Origin: Nanobdellota archaeon
Lineage (GTDB): Archaea > Nanobdellota > Nanobdellia > Pacearchaeales > GW2011-AR1
Direction of reading: 5' to 3'
DNA: 64,000 bases
NCBI GenBank assembly: GCA_021799535.1
Contig: JAJZAH010000001.1
Location: forward strand, 32,254-96,253
In this document: piece after piece, positions 9,995 to 17,948 of the stretch
Layout of the letters: the number at the start of each line of letters is the position of its first letter
Numbering within the stretch: position 1 is the first letter of the stretch
Program-made: the position numbers and the translations under genes
Notes under the pieces: generated by a model
Databases searched by the model: none
The model's input: the letters and a program-made list of their open reading frames with translations, nothing else
What the model was told of the DNA's origin: nothing

Positions 9995-11350
9995 ATGGCA
10001 AAGATAGGACTGGAAATCCACGGTTACATTGAAACAAAAGAGAAACTTTTCTGCGACTGTCCGTCCGACCATGGGAAAAAAGACGCAAGACCTAATACAA
10101 ACATATGCCCCGTTTGCACGGGTCAACCCGGCTCGAAACCTCTTATGCCAAATTACGAAGCGATAAAAAAAGCGGTCCAAATAGCACTCCTCTTAAAATG
10201 CAAGATAAATGAAAAAATGCCCTGGCAGAGGAAACATTATTCATGGCCCGACCTGCCAAAAGGATTCCAGAGCACATTCTCAGGATCTCATGCAATACCC
10301 AATGGTGAAAACGGAGAATTCATGGGCATAAAGATAAGAGAATGCCATCTTGAAGAGGATCCAGCAGCGTGGAACCCAGATACGGGGGAAGTCGATTACA
10401 ATCGTTCGGGAAGCCCCTTGATAGAGATTGTGACAGAGCCAGACTTCAAAGAAAGCGAAGAAGTTGCACAATGGGTAAAAAACCTCATCGTAGCATTAAG
10501 TTACATAAAAGCAATAGATAAAAAGTCAGGGATAAAGGCAGATGTCAATGTATCAATTCCCGGAGGAAAAAGAGTTGAGATGAAGAATATAAATTCTGTG
10601 AAGAAAATAAAAGAAGCTATAGATATTGAAATAGAAAGGCAGAAAAAAGAAGTTCCTGAAATCGAAGAGACAAGAATGTATGACGAAAGGTCAAAAACGA
10701 CAAAAATTATGAGAACAAAAGAAGGTGCTCAAGATTATAGATTTATAACCGATCCGGATCTTCCCGTTGTCAGCCTTTCAAAGGAGGAAATTTTAAAGAT
10801 AAAAGATTCTATCCCTGAAACCCCTCAGGAAAAACTCCAAAAACTCATCCGGATCCATGAAATAGACAAAAAAACTGCAGAGATCCTTACAAAGAAAATA
10901 GAGATAGTCGAGTTTTTCGAGGAAGTCACAAAAAAAATCCCAGCTGAATTTGCACTACCGTGGGTGACTGTCGAACTCTTAGGCACACTGAACTACAACA
11001 AAAAAGAACTTGATGATGTGGAGATCGAACCAGAACATTTCATAGAACTCTTAAAAGCAGTGAGAGAGAGAAAGATAACAGAACTCCGGGCAAAAGACAT
11101 TTTGAGAAGCTGGATCCCGAAATCATACTCTCCTCAAAAGGAGATCAGGAAAAGCTCTAAGATAGAAGATAAGGATGAAATTCTCACGCTTGCCAAAAAA
11201 GTAATCATTGAGAACAAAAAAGCTGTGGAGGATTTCAGACAAGGCGATAATAATACAATGAATTTCCTCATAGGCCAGGTGATGAAACTTTCAAACAAGC
11301 GTGCAGATTACAAAACTGCGAAAGAGACACTGGAAAAGCTTATGAGATAA
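9995..11350 (+). CDS. gatB: Asp/Glu-tRNA amidotransferase subunit B
   Basis: MAKIGLEIHGYIETKEKLFCDCP..., NICPVCTGQPGSKP, LEEDPA, and a YqeY-like C-terminal tail (FLIGQVMK). The ATG at 9995 is preferred to the GTG at 9932. Confidence 0.9.
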   Translation: MAKIGLEIHGYIETKEKLFCDCPSDHGKKDARPNTNICPVCTGQPGSKPLMPNYEAIKKAVQIALLLKCKINEKMPWQRKHYSWPDLPKGFQSTFSGSHAIPNGENGEFMGIKIRECHLEEDPAAWNPDTGEVDYNRSGSPLIEIVTEPDFKESEEVAQWVKNLIVALSYIKAIDKKSGIKADVNVSIPGGKRVEMKNINSVKKIKEAIDIEIERQKKEVPEIEETRMYDERSKTTKIMRTKEGAQDYRFITDPDLPVVSLSKEEILKIKDSIPETPQEKLQKLIRIHEIDKKTAEILTKKIEIVEFFEEVTKKIPAEFALPWVTVELLGTLNYNKKELDDVEIEPEHFIELLKAVRERKITELRAKDILRSWIPKSYSPQKEIRKSSKIEDKDEILTLAKKVIIENKKAVEDFRQGDNNTMNFLIGQVMKLSNKRADYKTAKETLEKLMR

Positions 11351-12790
11351 TCACTTCAAAAATTTCCTAATTATTCCCATCGCTTCTTCACCGGTTATTG
11401 AACCTTTAAATTCCCTCATGATAAGCCCCATGTAAGCGTTAGGTGAAAGTCCGGGTTTATCTTTCATAAGGTTCATTATCTTTTCTTCAACGTCAGCAAA
11501 ATCTTTCTTATCCAGTTTCACAGCCTCTTTTACAGGAACACCTGAAAAAACTTTCTCCAAAACAACTTTGACATCTTTTTCCTGTATCTTTTCCCTGTAC
11601 ACAGATTCAAGCATAAAGGCAAGAGTATCTTTTGATATTACCTTCTCAACGCGCTCTACAGACTTTCCGTTCTTCCTCGCAAGCTCTTTAGGGAAAGTTA
11701 TCAGCAGTTTTGAAATTAACAGAGGATTGCCATATACCTCATAAAGTTCCTTATAATCCTCAAGCTTCCCACTTTTCAGAATCATTTTCACCATTTCATC
11801 TGAAAGACCGTGATTTTTCAGTTCTTCCTCAATTTCACTCTTTAGTTTTGGGAGGTTTTTTTTCACCTCATTTATGAAATCCCTTGAAATCTCAAGAAGC
11901 GGCAAATCAGTTTCAGGATACATCCTTGCTGCTCCGGGCATCGGTCTCAGAAATTCGGTCTCCCCGTCTGGCAAGGCGTTTCTTACCTCCGCAGGATTTT
12001 TCTTCCCTTTTTCAGTGAAGCTCCTCTGGCGCTCCACCTCCAGTTCAAGACACTTTTCCATTATCCTGGGATCCTGAAAACCTTTTATCTCAACACGGTT
12101 TGAACCTTTTATTGAAACATTAAGATCCTGCCTTATCGTGCCTATGCCCCTTCTTACTTTTGTGCTCCTTAATATGTCTCCGATCTTCAAAGCAGCTTCT
12201 TTTACATGTGAAGGAGATTTTAAGTCAGGTCTTGTCGAAATTTCGACGAGCGGTATTCCAAGTCTGTCAAGACGATAAACAACCTCCTGGTCATTTTTTC
12301 CCATAGGTCTTGCAGAATCTTCTTCAAGATAAATTGAGTCAATCCCTACTTTCCCCTCCGCGGTCTCAATAAAACCATCACGGGCAATTGTCACAGTCCT
12401 CTGGAACCCTGATGTGACCGAGCCATTAACAATAGTCTTTCTCATAATTTGCGAAAGGGGGAAAATTTTGCAATTCATGAGCAAAGCAATTTCAAGAGCC
12501 ACCTTCAAAGCTTCCTTGTTTATCTCATGAGGCGGCTCTTCATCAATTTCTACAAGGCAGGTAGTGTCATAAGCTTGATAGAGATAATCTTTTCCGCCGC
12601 CCGCCTGGAATTTTGCAGCTTCATCAATTTCTCCAGATTCTCCGGCAACAACATGAAGCCTCCTCTTGATAATCCTAGCAGGTTCATCTGTCCTAAGCAC
12701 AGACGGACATTCACAAAAAAGCTTGTGCGTATCAAGCTGTTGATGGATTTCAAGCCCCGCTTTAAACCCGATTTCATCGTAATTTACCAT
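11351..12790 (-). CDS. gatE: Glu-tRNA(Gln) amidotransferase subunit E (short form)
   Basis: GLEIHQQLDTHKLFCECP, EIDEEPPH, SGFQRT, YLEEDSAR, YRLDRLGIPLVEI and GIGTIRQDLNVSI follow the GatE pattern. The protein is 479 aa. Confidence 0.85.
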   Translation of the reverse strand: MVNYDEIGFKAGLEIHQQLDTHKLFCECPSVLRTDEPARIIKRRLHVVAGESGEIDEAAKFQAGGGKDYLYQAYDTTCLVEIDEEPPHEINKEALKVALEIALLMNCKIFPLSQIMRKTIVNGSVTSGFQRTVTIARDGFIETAEGKVGIDSIYLEEDSARPMGKNDQEVVYRLDRLGIPLVEISTRPDLKSPSHVKEAALKIGDILRSTKVRRGIGTIRQDLNVSIKGSNRVEIKGFQDPRIMEKCLELEVERQRSFTEKGKKNPAEVRNALPDGETEFLRPMPGAARMYPETDLPLLEISRDFINEVKKNLPKLKSEIEEELKNHGLSDEMVKMILKSGKLEDYKELYEVYGNPLLISKLLITFPKELARKNGKSVERVEKVISKDTLAFMLESVYREKIQEKDVKVVLEKVFSGVPVKEAVKLDKKDFADVEEKIMNLMKDKPGLSPNAYMGLIMREFKGSITGEEAMGIIRKFLK

Positions 12791-12837
12791 GAAAGAAAAA
12801 GATTAGGGAGTTATTTAAAGGTTAAGCTCAAAGAGAA

Positions 12838-13623
12838 TCAGTGAAGTTTTGCTGGTTCAATTACCAAATCTCCAAGAATTTCATCAAGCCCATTATTAAC
12901 TTTACTTGCACAATAATCATAAAACTCTCTTTGCCCGTCAACATCGCCTCCCTTATAAGGAGGAAAAGTCCTGCACAAAAGGTCAAGATAAAAAGTGCCT
13001 TCACCTGCTGGAATAATGGCAGGAGGTATAAGTGAATCGTAAAGGATCCTGTCTTGAATCAATCTGGAGGTTCTCTTATTACCATCTTCAAAAGGCTGGA
13101 TTGCTGCAAGAGCTAAATGAGCAGTCAAGGCCGATTCTAAAGGTCCATAATCATTATGCATCATTTTTATACGTGAAATAGCATCTTTTACCTTAGAAGA
13201 GACTTTCTCAAAGCTAGGAGGGGTATAACCTGGGCAGTTTAATGTAACGTCCATTTCGCGATATTGATTAAAAGCTCCTTTTGATCCAAGAACAAGCTTG
13301 TTTACCTTTTTTATCACATCTTGGTTCAATTCTCCAACAAAATTCCCAAACTTCCCAATCTGATTAAGATAATACCAAGCGTTACTGACATTCTGAATTC
13401 CATGCATAGCAAGTTTTCTAAGAGCTTTTGATTGACTCCTTTCAGATAAAAGATCTCTTCTTAGTGCAGGATTCTCAATCCAAAAAGAATAAACATCCCC
13501 TATAGATCTCAACTCTTGAATCACCAGATTTTTTCTTCGATCATAGTACTCGGGGTTTGAGCTTATCTTCTCAAGTTTGGAGTTTACCTCCTCTTTCAAA
13601 ACGGGATTGATATAATTTTCCAT
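12838..13623 (-). CDS. Fic/Fido domain protein with a non-canonical active-site motif
   Basis: QPFEDGNKRTSR (nt 13063-13098) occupies the position of the Fic motif HPFx(D/E)GNGRxxR. Confidence 0.75.
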   Translation of the reverse strand: MENYINPVLKEEVNSKLEKISSNPEYYDRRKNLVIQELRSIGDVYSFWIENPALRRDLLSERSQSKALRKLAMHGIQNVSNAWYYLNQIGKFGNFVGELNQDVIKKVNKLVLGSKGAFNQYREMDVTLNCPGYTPPSFEKVSSKVKDAISRIKMMHNDYGPLESALTAHLALAAIQPFEDGNKRTSRLIQDRILYDSLIPPAIIPAGEGTFYLDLLCRTFPPYKGGDVDGQREFYDYCASKVNNGLDEILGDLVIEPAKLH

Positions 13624-13715
13624 GTATTTTTCAATAGGAGATTCTATATAAACCTTCCGATTTTGTAATCACTTATTAAAGACAACTTAATTCGACGGGT
13701 CCCTCTCACCGCTGT

Positions 13716-13752
13716 GGAAGAGAAAAGAATCCCTGCCTGTTTTTCTGGCAGG
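13716..13752 (-). terminator. hairpin plus T-rich tract between gatD and the Fic-like gene
   Basis: CCTGCC(13732-13737)/GGCAGG(13747-13752) stem. On the minus strand it is followed by ATTCTTTTCTCTTCC. Confidence 0.3.
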
Positions 13753-13935
13753 CAAACGAAGAGGTTGAAGAAGAAGTCAAAAAGAAAGAGCTAAGAAGTA
13801 TGGGAGCTGGAGTACTAAAGTTCAGCAAAGAAGACATAAAAATTTGAGGATGGATACTACCAGCGGCATGTTCTTTTCAGAATTCATAATGTTTTTATAA
13901 TAGTAACCACTGCTTCAACTCTTGGAATTCATAGA

Positions 13936-15210
13936 CTATTCAATTAGCCTTTTATTGATTTCACCTGCAAAATTCTCAAGCATCTTTTCTTTAATTTTAT
14001 CCTTGGATGAAGCCCACTCCTTGTGCCCCAAAACCCAGCCAAGCTTCACATATGCAGTTTCGGGAAGCATGTCTTCAAGATATATCATCCCAGTCTCAAG
14101 GAGTTCTCTTCCATTCGTATAAACGAAAGGATCAAGCCTTCCATAGATAGTCTGAGGTGCTGCACATACTATCAGCCCTTTTTTTTGCACTTCAGCAAGC
14201 TTTTTAGTCCATCCTTTCCTCGCTCTGGACGTCGGCGCATGGCCAAGCCCTGAAAGCTCCAAGACAATCCCTTTATAACCTTCATTTAGGTAATAATCAA
14301 GTACATTTGGATCCTGCCCCGGATAAACCTGCACAAGAGCCACTTTCTCTTCGAACTTTGTGTCTGCTTCGACTTTATTCTTGTTTCGGATATGGTAATG
14401 AGATAAAGACTGGATTTTATCCGAAAAAATCCTGGCGTAGGGCTCAGCGTTAACAACTTTGAAAGCGTCTCTGCGTGAAGTATGAAGCTTCCTCACTTTC
14501 GTTCCGGGCATCGCATAGCAAAAATCATCATCCGTCGTCGCATGACCTACAAGCATAACTTCAGCAATTTCCGAAATCGCAGCGAGAGCGGAAGCTTGCA
14601 GATTCAGGTTAGCATCAGAGCTTCCTCTGTCAACACTTCTTTGGGAATAAGTCAGGACTACGGGTTTATTGACATTTCCAAGAAAAAAAGAGAGTGCAGC
14701 GGAGGTATAATGTAGGAAGTCAGTCCCATGTGTGATGATTATCCCGTTTATGGACGGATCGTTTAAAAGATCAGCAGTGACTTTTGCTATCTTCTGCCAG
14801 TCTTTGTAATCCATGTCTTCAGACGCTTTCATGAAAGGGACTTCCACTTTCTTTACATTTACATTTTTGAAAAACTCCGGGTAAAATCGGAAAAGCATAT
14901 CTGGAGAAGTAAGCCAGTCAACACCGCCCTTCTGGGGATTCAGTCTGGCTGCAATAGTCCCGCCAGTTATTATCATAGCAACATCTAGCTTGTCTCCTGA
15001 AGGCCTCAAAGCAGATTCTTTTTTTCCTTCAGTTACTTTTTTTAGAACTCTTAGTTTAAGAACATCTTTTTTGTTAAATCCTATATCATAACCATTCTCA
15101 AGTTTTAGAAGAAAAGTTCCAACTTTGGGACTTGGAAGAAGAATTCCTTCATAAACTTCTTTCCCCATTTCAACTTCAACAAGATTCCCGAAATTATCTT
15201 CTATTTCCAT
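13936..15210 (-). CDS. gatD: Glu-tRNA(Gln) amidotransferase subunit D
   Basis: Asparaginase-like core (IITGGTIAA, ITHGTDF) after an N-terminal AANH-like beta domain. The 424-aa length is typical of GatD. Confidence 0.88.
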   Translation of the reverse strand: MEIEDNFGNLVEVEMGKEVYEGILLPSPKVGTFLLKLENGYDIGFNKKDVLKLRVLKKVTEGKKESALRPSGDKLDVAMIITGGTIAARLNPQKGGVDWLTSPDMLFRFYPEFFKNVNVKKVEVPFMKASEDMDYKDWQKIAKVTADLLNDPSINGIIITHGTDFLHYTSAALSFFLGNVNKPVVLTYSQRSVDRGSSDANLNLQASALAAISEIAEVMLVGHATTDDDFCYAMPGTKVRKLHTSRRDAFKVVNAEPYARIFSDKIQSLSHYHIRNKNKVEADTKFEEKVALVQVYPGQDPNVLDYYLNEGYKGIVLELSGLGHAPTSRARKGWTKKLAEVQKKGLIVCAAPQTIYGRLDPFVYTNGRELLETGMIYLEDMLPETAYVKLGWVLGHKEWASSKDKIKEKMLENFAGEINKRLIE

Positions 15211-15252
15211 TAAAAACTAAAACCTTGCAGGATTAAAAAGATTTTGTGTTTG

Positions 15253-15585
15253 CTAAATTTCAATTAATATCACGCTTAGAACACCCAGGCCTATTCCAAT
15301 CTTGTTCACTAAAGAGAGTTTCTCACCAAAGTACAAAACCCCGACAAGAGCAACAATCACAAGATTCAAAACAGTAAAAATAGAAATTGCTTTTGATAGA
15401 TATTCATATTTTAATGAAAAAGCCCAAAAGAGTGTCCCTGAAATATAAATAAGCATACCAGCATAAAAAAGAATATTTTTTCCATTGACAGACCATTCTT
15501 TGAAAAAGATGTCTCCCGCAATCTCAAGCAGGACGGCAAGGATAATGAAACCAAAAAAGATCAGTTTCATCATTAGGGAGTCCAT
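15253..15585 (-). CDS. small multidrug resistance (SMR/EmrE-like) family membrane protein
   Basis: 110 aa with four hydrophobic segments and a membrane-embedded Glu in TM1 (LLEIAGD). Confidence 0.55.
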   Translation of the reverse strand: MDSLMMKLIFFGFIILAVLLEIAGDIFFKEWSVNGKNILFYAGMLIYISGTLFWAFSLKYEYLSKAISIFTVLNLVIVALVGVLYFGEKLSLVNKIGIGLGVLSVILIEI

Positions 15586-15630
15586 GTCAAAAATAAGATT
15601 TCTGATTATTAAAGATTATTGGAATATTCA

Positions 15631-16767
15631 TTACAGCTTAACAATTCCGATTAGAAGTTCCCAAAGAACTCCGATTATAAAAACAAGTGAGATGAAAATT
15701 ATCACAAACCAGTTTAGAGGAACTGAATATTCAGGTTTTAGCTCCCCTTTTTCTTTTGCACCTTTTATTACAAAAAGGCTCAGAATACTGATTATCCCCC
15801 CTGAAACAACCCCTCCTATCGAAAGTATCTTTGTAAAAGAGAAGAACTGAAAGAAACTTAAGAGAACATAAATCAGAATTGGAACGGCTGAAACAAGTAT
15901 CCACGATTTCAGCTTCCTGAATCTATCGTCAAGCTGGAAATTTTCTTCGAGAGCATTACCAAGTGAGAAATGAGCGCTAAACATCGTGAAGATCCCAAAG
16001 ATAACAAAAACAGGCCCTAGCGCAAAAGTTGCAATCTCAGGGGCATTTATCCCAGTGATCCCTATAACTATAAAAGTGAAAATAAGATAAAGAAAAAATG
16101 AAATTATGGAGCCGGAGATTATCACCTTTTTTATGGAGATTTTGTCTTTTCTTAAGACTAAAGAAATTTCCGGAATTGCCTGAGCTGACTCGAGTGCAAA
16201 CAACACTACTCCAAAAGGTATCATAAAATTTCCAAGACTGAAATAATTAAGGTTGGAATAACTAATTTTCAATATAAAAAAGAAAAAGATCCCAGAAATG
16301 ATCGCCAAGATTGCTATCACACCGTACTTTTCATATTTTTTTAAAGCACTAGTACCTTTCCATAAAAGAAAAGACATGAATACTCCAAATAAAATGCCAA
16401 AGGGAACCCCATAGATTAAACTCCCGGTCAGGATAAAACTAAGGCTATCCCCTACCCCTTTCAGATAAGCAACTATCGCCGCGTAGATTCCAAAAACCAA
16501 CGCAAAATCAATTAATCTGCCCGCCCACTTCCCTACATATTTCCTCGCATAACCCGAAAGCTGATGAGGCTGTTTCGTCCTAAGGACAGTTTCACCTATA
16601 TACAGATTTATCAGGAGCACAATCCCGCCCAAAAAGACCAAATAAAAAATAGTAACATAAAAGCCTGATTTGGAAGTGACATAAGGTATCCCCAGAATTC
16701 CTGCTCCTACGCAAGTTCCTATAAGGACAGATAAAGCTGCAAGGTATTTTTTTGATTTGGAATCCAT
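15631..16767 (-). CDS. amino acid permease-like transporter (APC-type)
   Basis: Polytopic membrane protein with LIGTCVGAGILGIPY near the N-terminus. The start is set at MDSKSKK because the track's 23-aa extension is the antisense of a tRNA gene. Confidence 0.6.
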   Translation of the reverse strand: MDSKSKKYLAALSVLIGTCVGAGILGIPYVTSKSGFYVTIFYLVFLGGIVLLINLYIGETVLRTKQPHQLSGYARKYVGKWAGRLIDFALVFGIYAAIVAYLKGVGDSLSFILTGSLIYGVPFGILFGVFMSFLLWKGTSALKKYEKYGVIAILAIISGIFFFFILKISYSNLNYFSLGNFMIPFGVVLFALESAQAIPEISLVLRKDKISIKKVIISGSIISFFLYLIFTFIVIGITGINAPEIATFALGPVFVIFGIFTMFSAHFSLGNALEENFQLDDRFRKLKSWILVSAVPILIYVLLSFFQFFSFTKILSIGGVVSGGIISILSLFVIKGAKEKGELKPEYSVPLNWFVIIFISLVFIIGVLWELLIGIVKL

Positions 16768-16778
16768 CTTCACCTCTA

Positions 16779-16850
16779 CGAGCCTACTAGGAATCGAACC
16801 TAGATCTTCGGGGCCGAAACCCGAAATTCTGTCCATTAAACTATAGGCCC
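16779..16850 (-). tRNA. tRNA-Arg (anticodon UCG)
   Basis: Hand-folded cloverleaf. Acceptor GGGCCTA/TAGGCTC has one G-U pair. The D stem is GTTT/GAAT. The anticodon stem TCGGG/CCCGA carries the loop TT-TCG-GC. The T arm is CTAGG-TTCGATT-CCTAG. No CCA is encoded. Confidence 0.9.
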
Positions 16851-16980
16851 TTTTCTGTATTTTGTCTGCCTGTAGTTTTTGGGAGCTATTTCCATCTAAA
16901 CTATAGGCCCTTGTTTTTTCTTCTTGGAACTATAGTTTTTAGAGACTGCCTCCATATAAAACTATAGGCCTCATCTTAAT
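16851..16980. repeat. two tandem units of about 60-70 bp, each ending in a copy of the tRNA-Arg 5' end
   Basis: The tRNA 5' end is gtccattaaactataggccc (16831-16850). It recurs as tccatctaaactataggccc (16891-16910) and tccatataaaactataggcc (16961-16980). Each unit also holds the inverted partner cctgtagttttt (16869-16880) or actatagttttt (16929-16940). Confidence 0.75.
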
Positions 16981-17022
16981 TAATATTCATTGGATGGATT
17001 TAAATAATTTAATATTTTTGTT

Positions 17023-17910
17023 ATGGGAATGAAACGCCATCATAAGATAATTCTCGGAGGTTTCTCAACCCTTATAGTTATTTCATTAATTATAATCGCA
17101 ATATTATTAAACGGTGTTATATTAAAACAAAATCTTGAAAACGCTGCTTTGGATCAGAAAATATCCCGGCTGCAAAATGACACAAACGGAAAGATAAACG
17201 AACTTGCGACAGGGCTTATTGAAACAAGGCAATCGTTGAACAGCGAACTTGTTGGGATAAATCAAAATTTAAATACCACGAACGCAAAACTGAGTGAACT
17301 AAAAGCACAGGCAGGATCTGATTTCTCGGAAGTAATAAAAGAGGACCTCGGCTCCATAGTCATAATAAGAACTCTTAATGAACAGGGCTCAGGATTTTTC
17401 GTCGCAAATGGTTATGTCGCAACAAACGAGCATGTAATAGCCGGACAGAACAGCAATGTGTCCCAGGTAATCCAGGTTATAACAAGTGACAATAAAATTC
17501 ATACCGGGACCCTTGTGGGATATATAAAGGATCTTGACCTTGCATTGATAAAGACGGACACGGGATATGGATACTTGACCCTTCAAAACTCAAGCGAAGT
17601 AAATATCGGGGAAAAAGTCGTCGCAATAGGTACTCCTGAAGGCCTGAGCTTTTCCGCAACAGATGGGATCGTTTCGGCTGTGGGAAGAACAATTCAGGGA
17701 ACGATCGGAACATATGTACAGACGAACGCGCAGCTTAACCCCGGGAACTCCGGAGGACCGCTGATAGATCAAAATGGCGAAGTCATAGGAATGAATAATT
17801 TCAAATTGAATAATTCGGAAGGGATAGGTTTTGCCCTTGAATCAGATAAGATAAAACTTGGGGTAAACACAATAAGTGAGGAGCTAATGAACAAAACCCT
17901 CATAAATTAA
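17023..17910 (+). CDS. membrane-anchored trypsin-like serine protease (S1C/HtrA-like, no obvious PDZ)
   Basis: N-terminal TM segment, a coiled-coil stretch, His region ATNEHV, Asp region DLALIK and the serine motif GNSGGPL. Confidence 0.8.
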   Translation: MGMKRHHKIILGGFSTLIVISLIIIAILLNGVILKQNLENAALDQKISRLQNDTNGKINELATGLIETRQSLNSELVGINQNLNTTNAKLSELKAQAGSDFSEVIKEDLGSIVIIRTLNEQGSGFFVANGYVATNEHVIAGQNSNVSQVIQVITSDNKIHTGTLVGYIKDLDLALIKTDTGYGYLTLQNSSEVNIGEKVVAIGTPEGLSFSATDGIVSAVGRTIQGTIGTYVQTNAQLNPGNSGGPLIDQNGEVIGMNNFKLNNSEGIGFALESDKIKLGVNTISEELMNKTLIN

Positions 17911-17948
17911 CAACGAAACTTTTTAAATAAAGGCAATTTCAATAGGTA

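Noticed and set aside
16768-16836. N-terminal 23 aa of ORF 15631-16836 (MDRISGFGPEDLGSIPSRLVEVK)
   Set aside because: This is the antisense translation of tRNA-Arg(UCG). The permease start was moved to MDSKSKK. The same artefact explains ORF 39076-39261 (tRNA-Cys), residues 1-40 of ORF 48211-49140 (tRNA-Leu), ORF 49032-49265 and ORF 57182-57418 (tRNA-Arg intron region).
16851-16980. Possible mini-CRISPR array
   Set aside because: There are only two extra units. The repeat is identical to the adjacent tRNA 5' end, the spacers are themselves similar to each other, and no cas genes are present. It is reported as a tRNA-linked tandem repeat instead.
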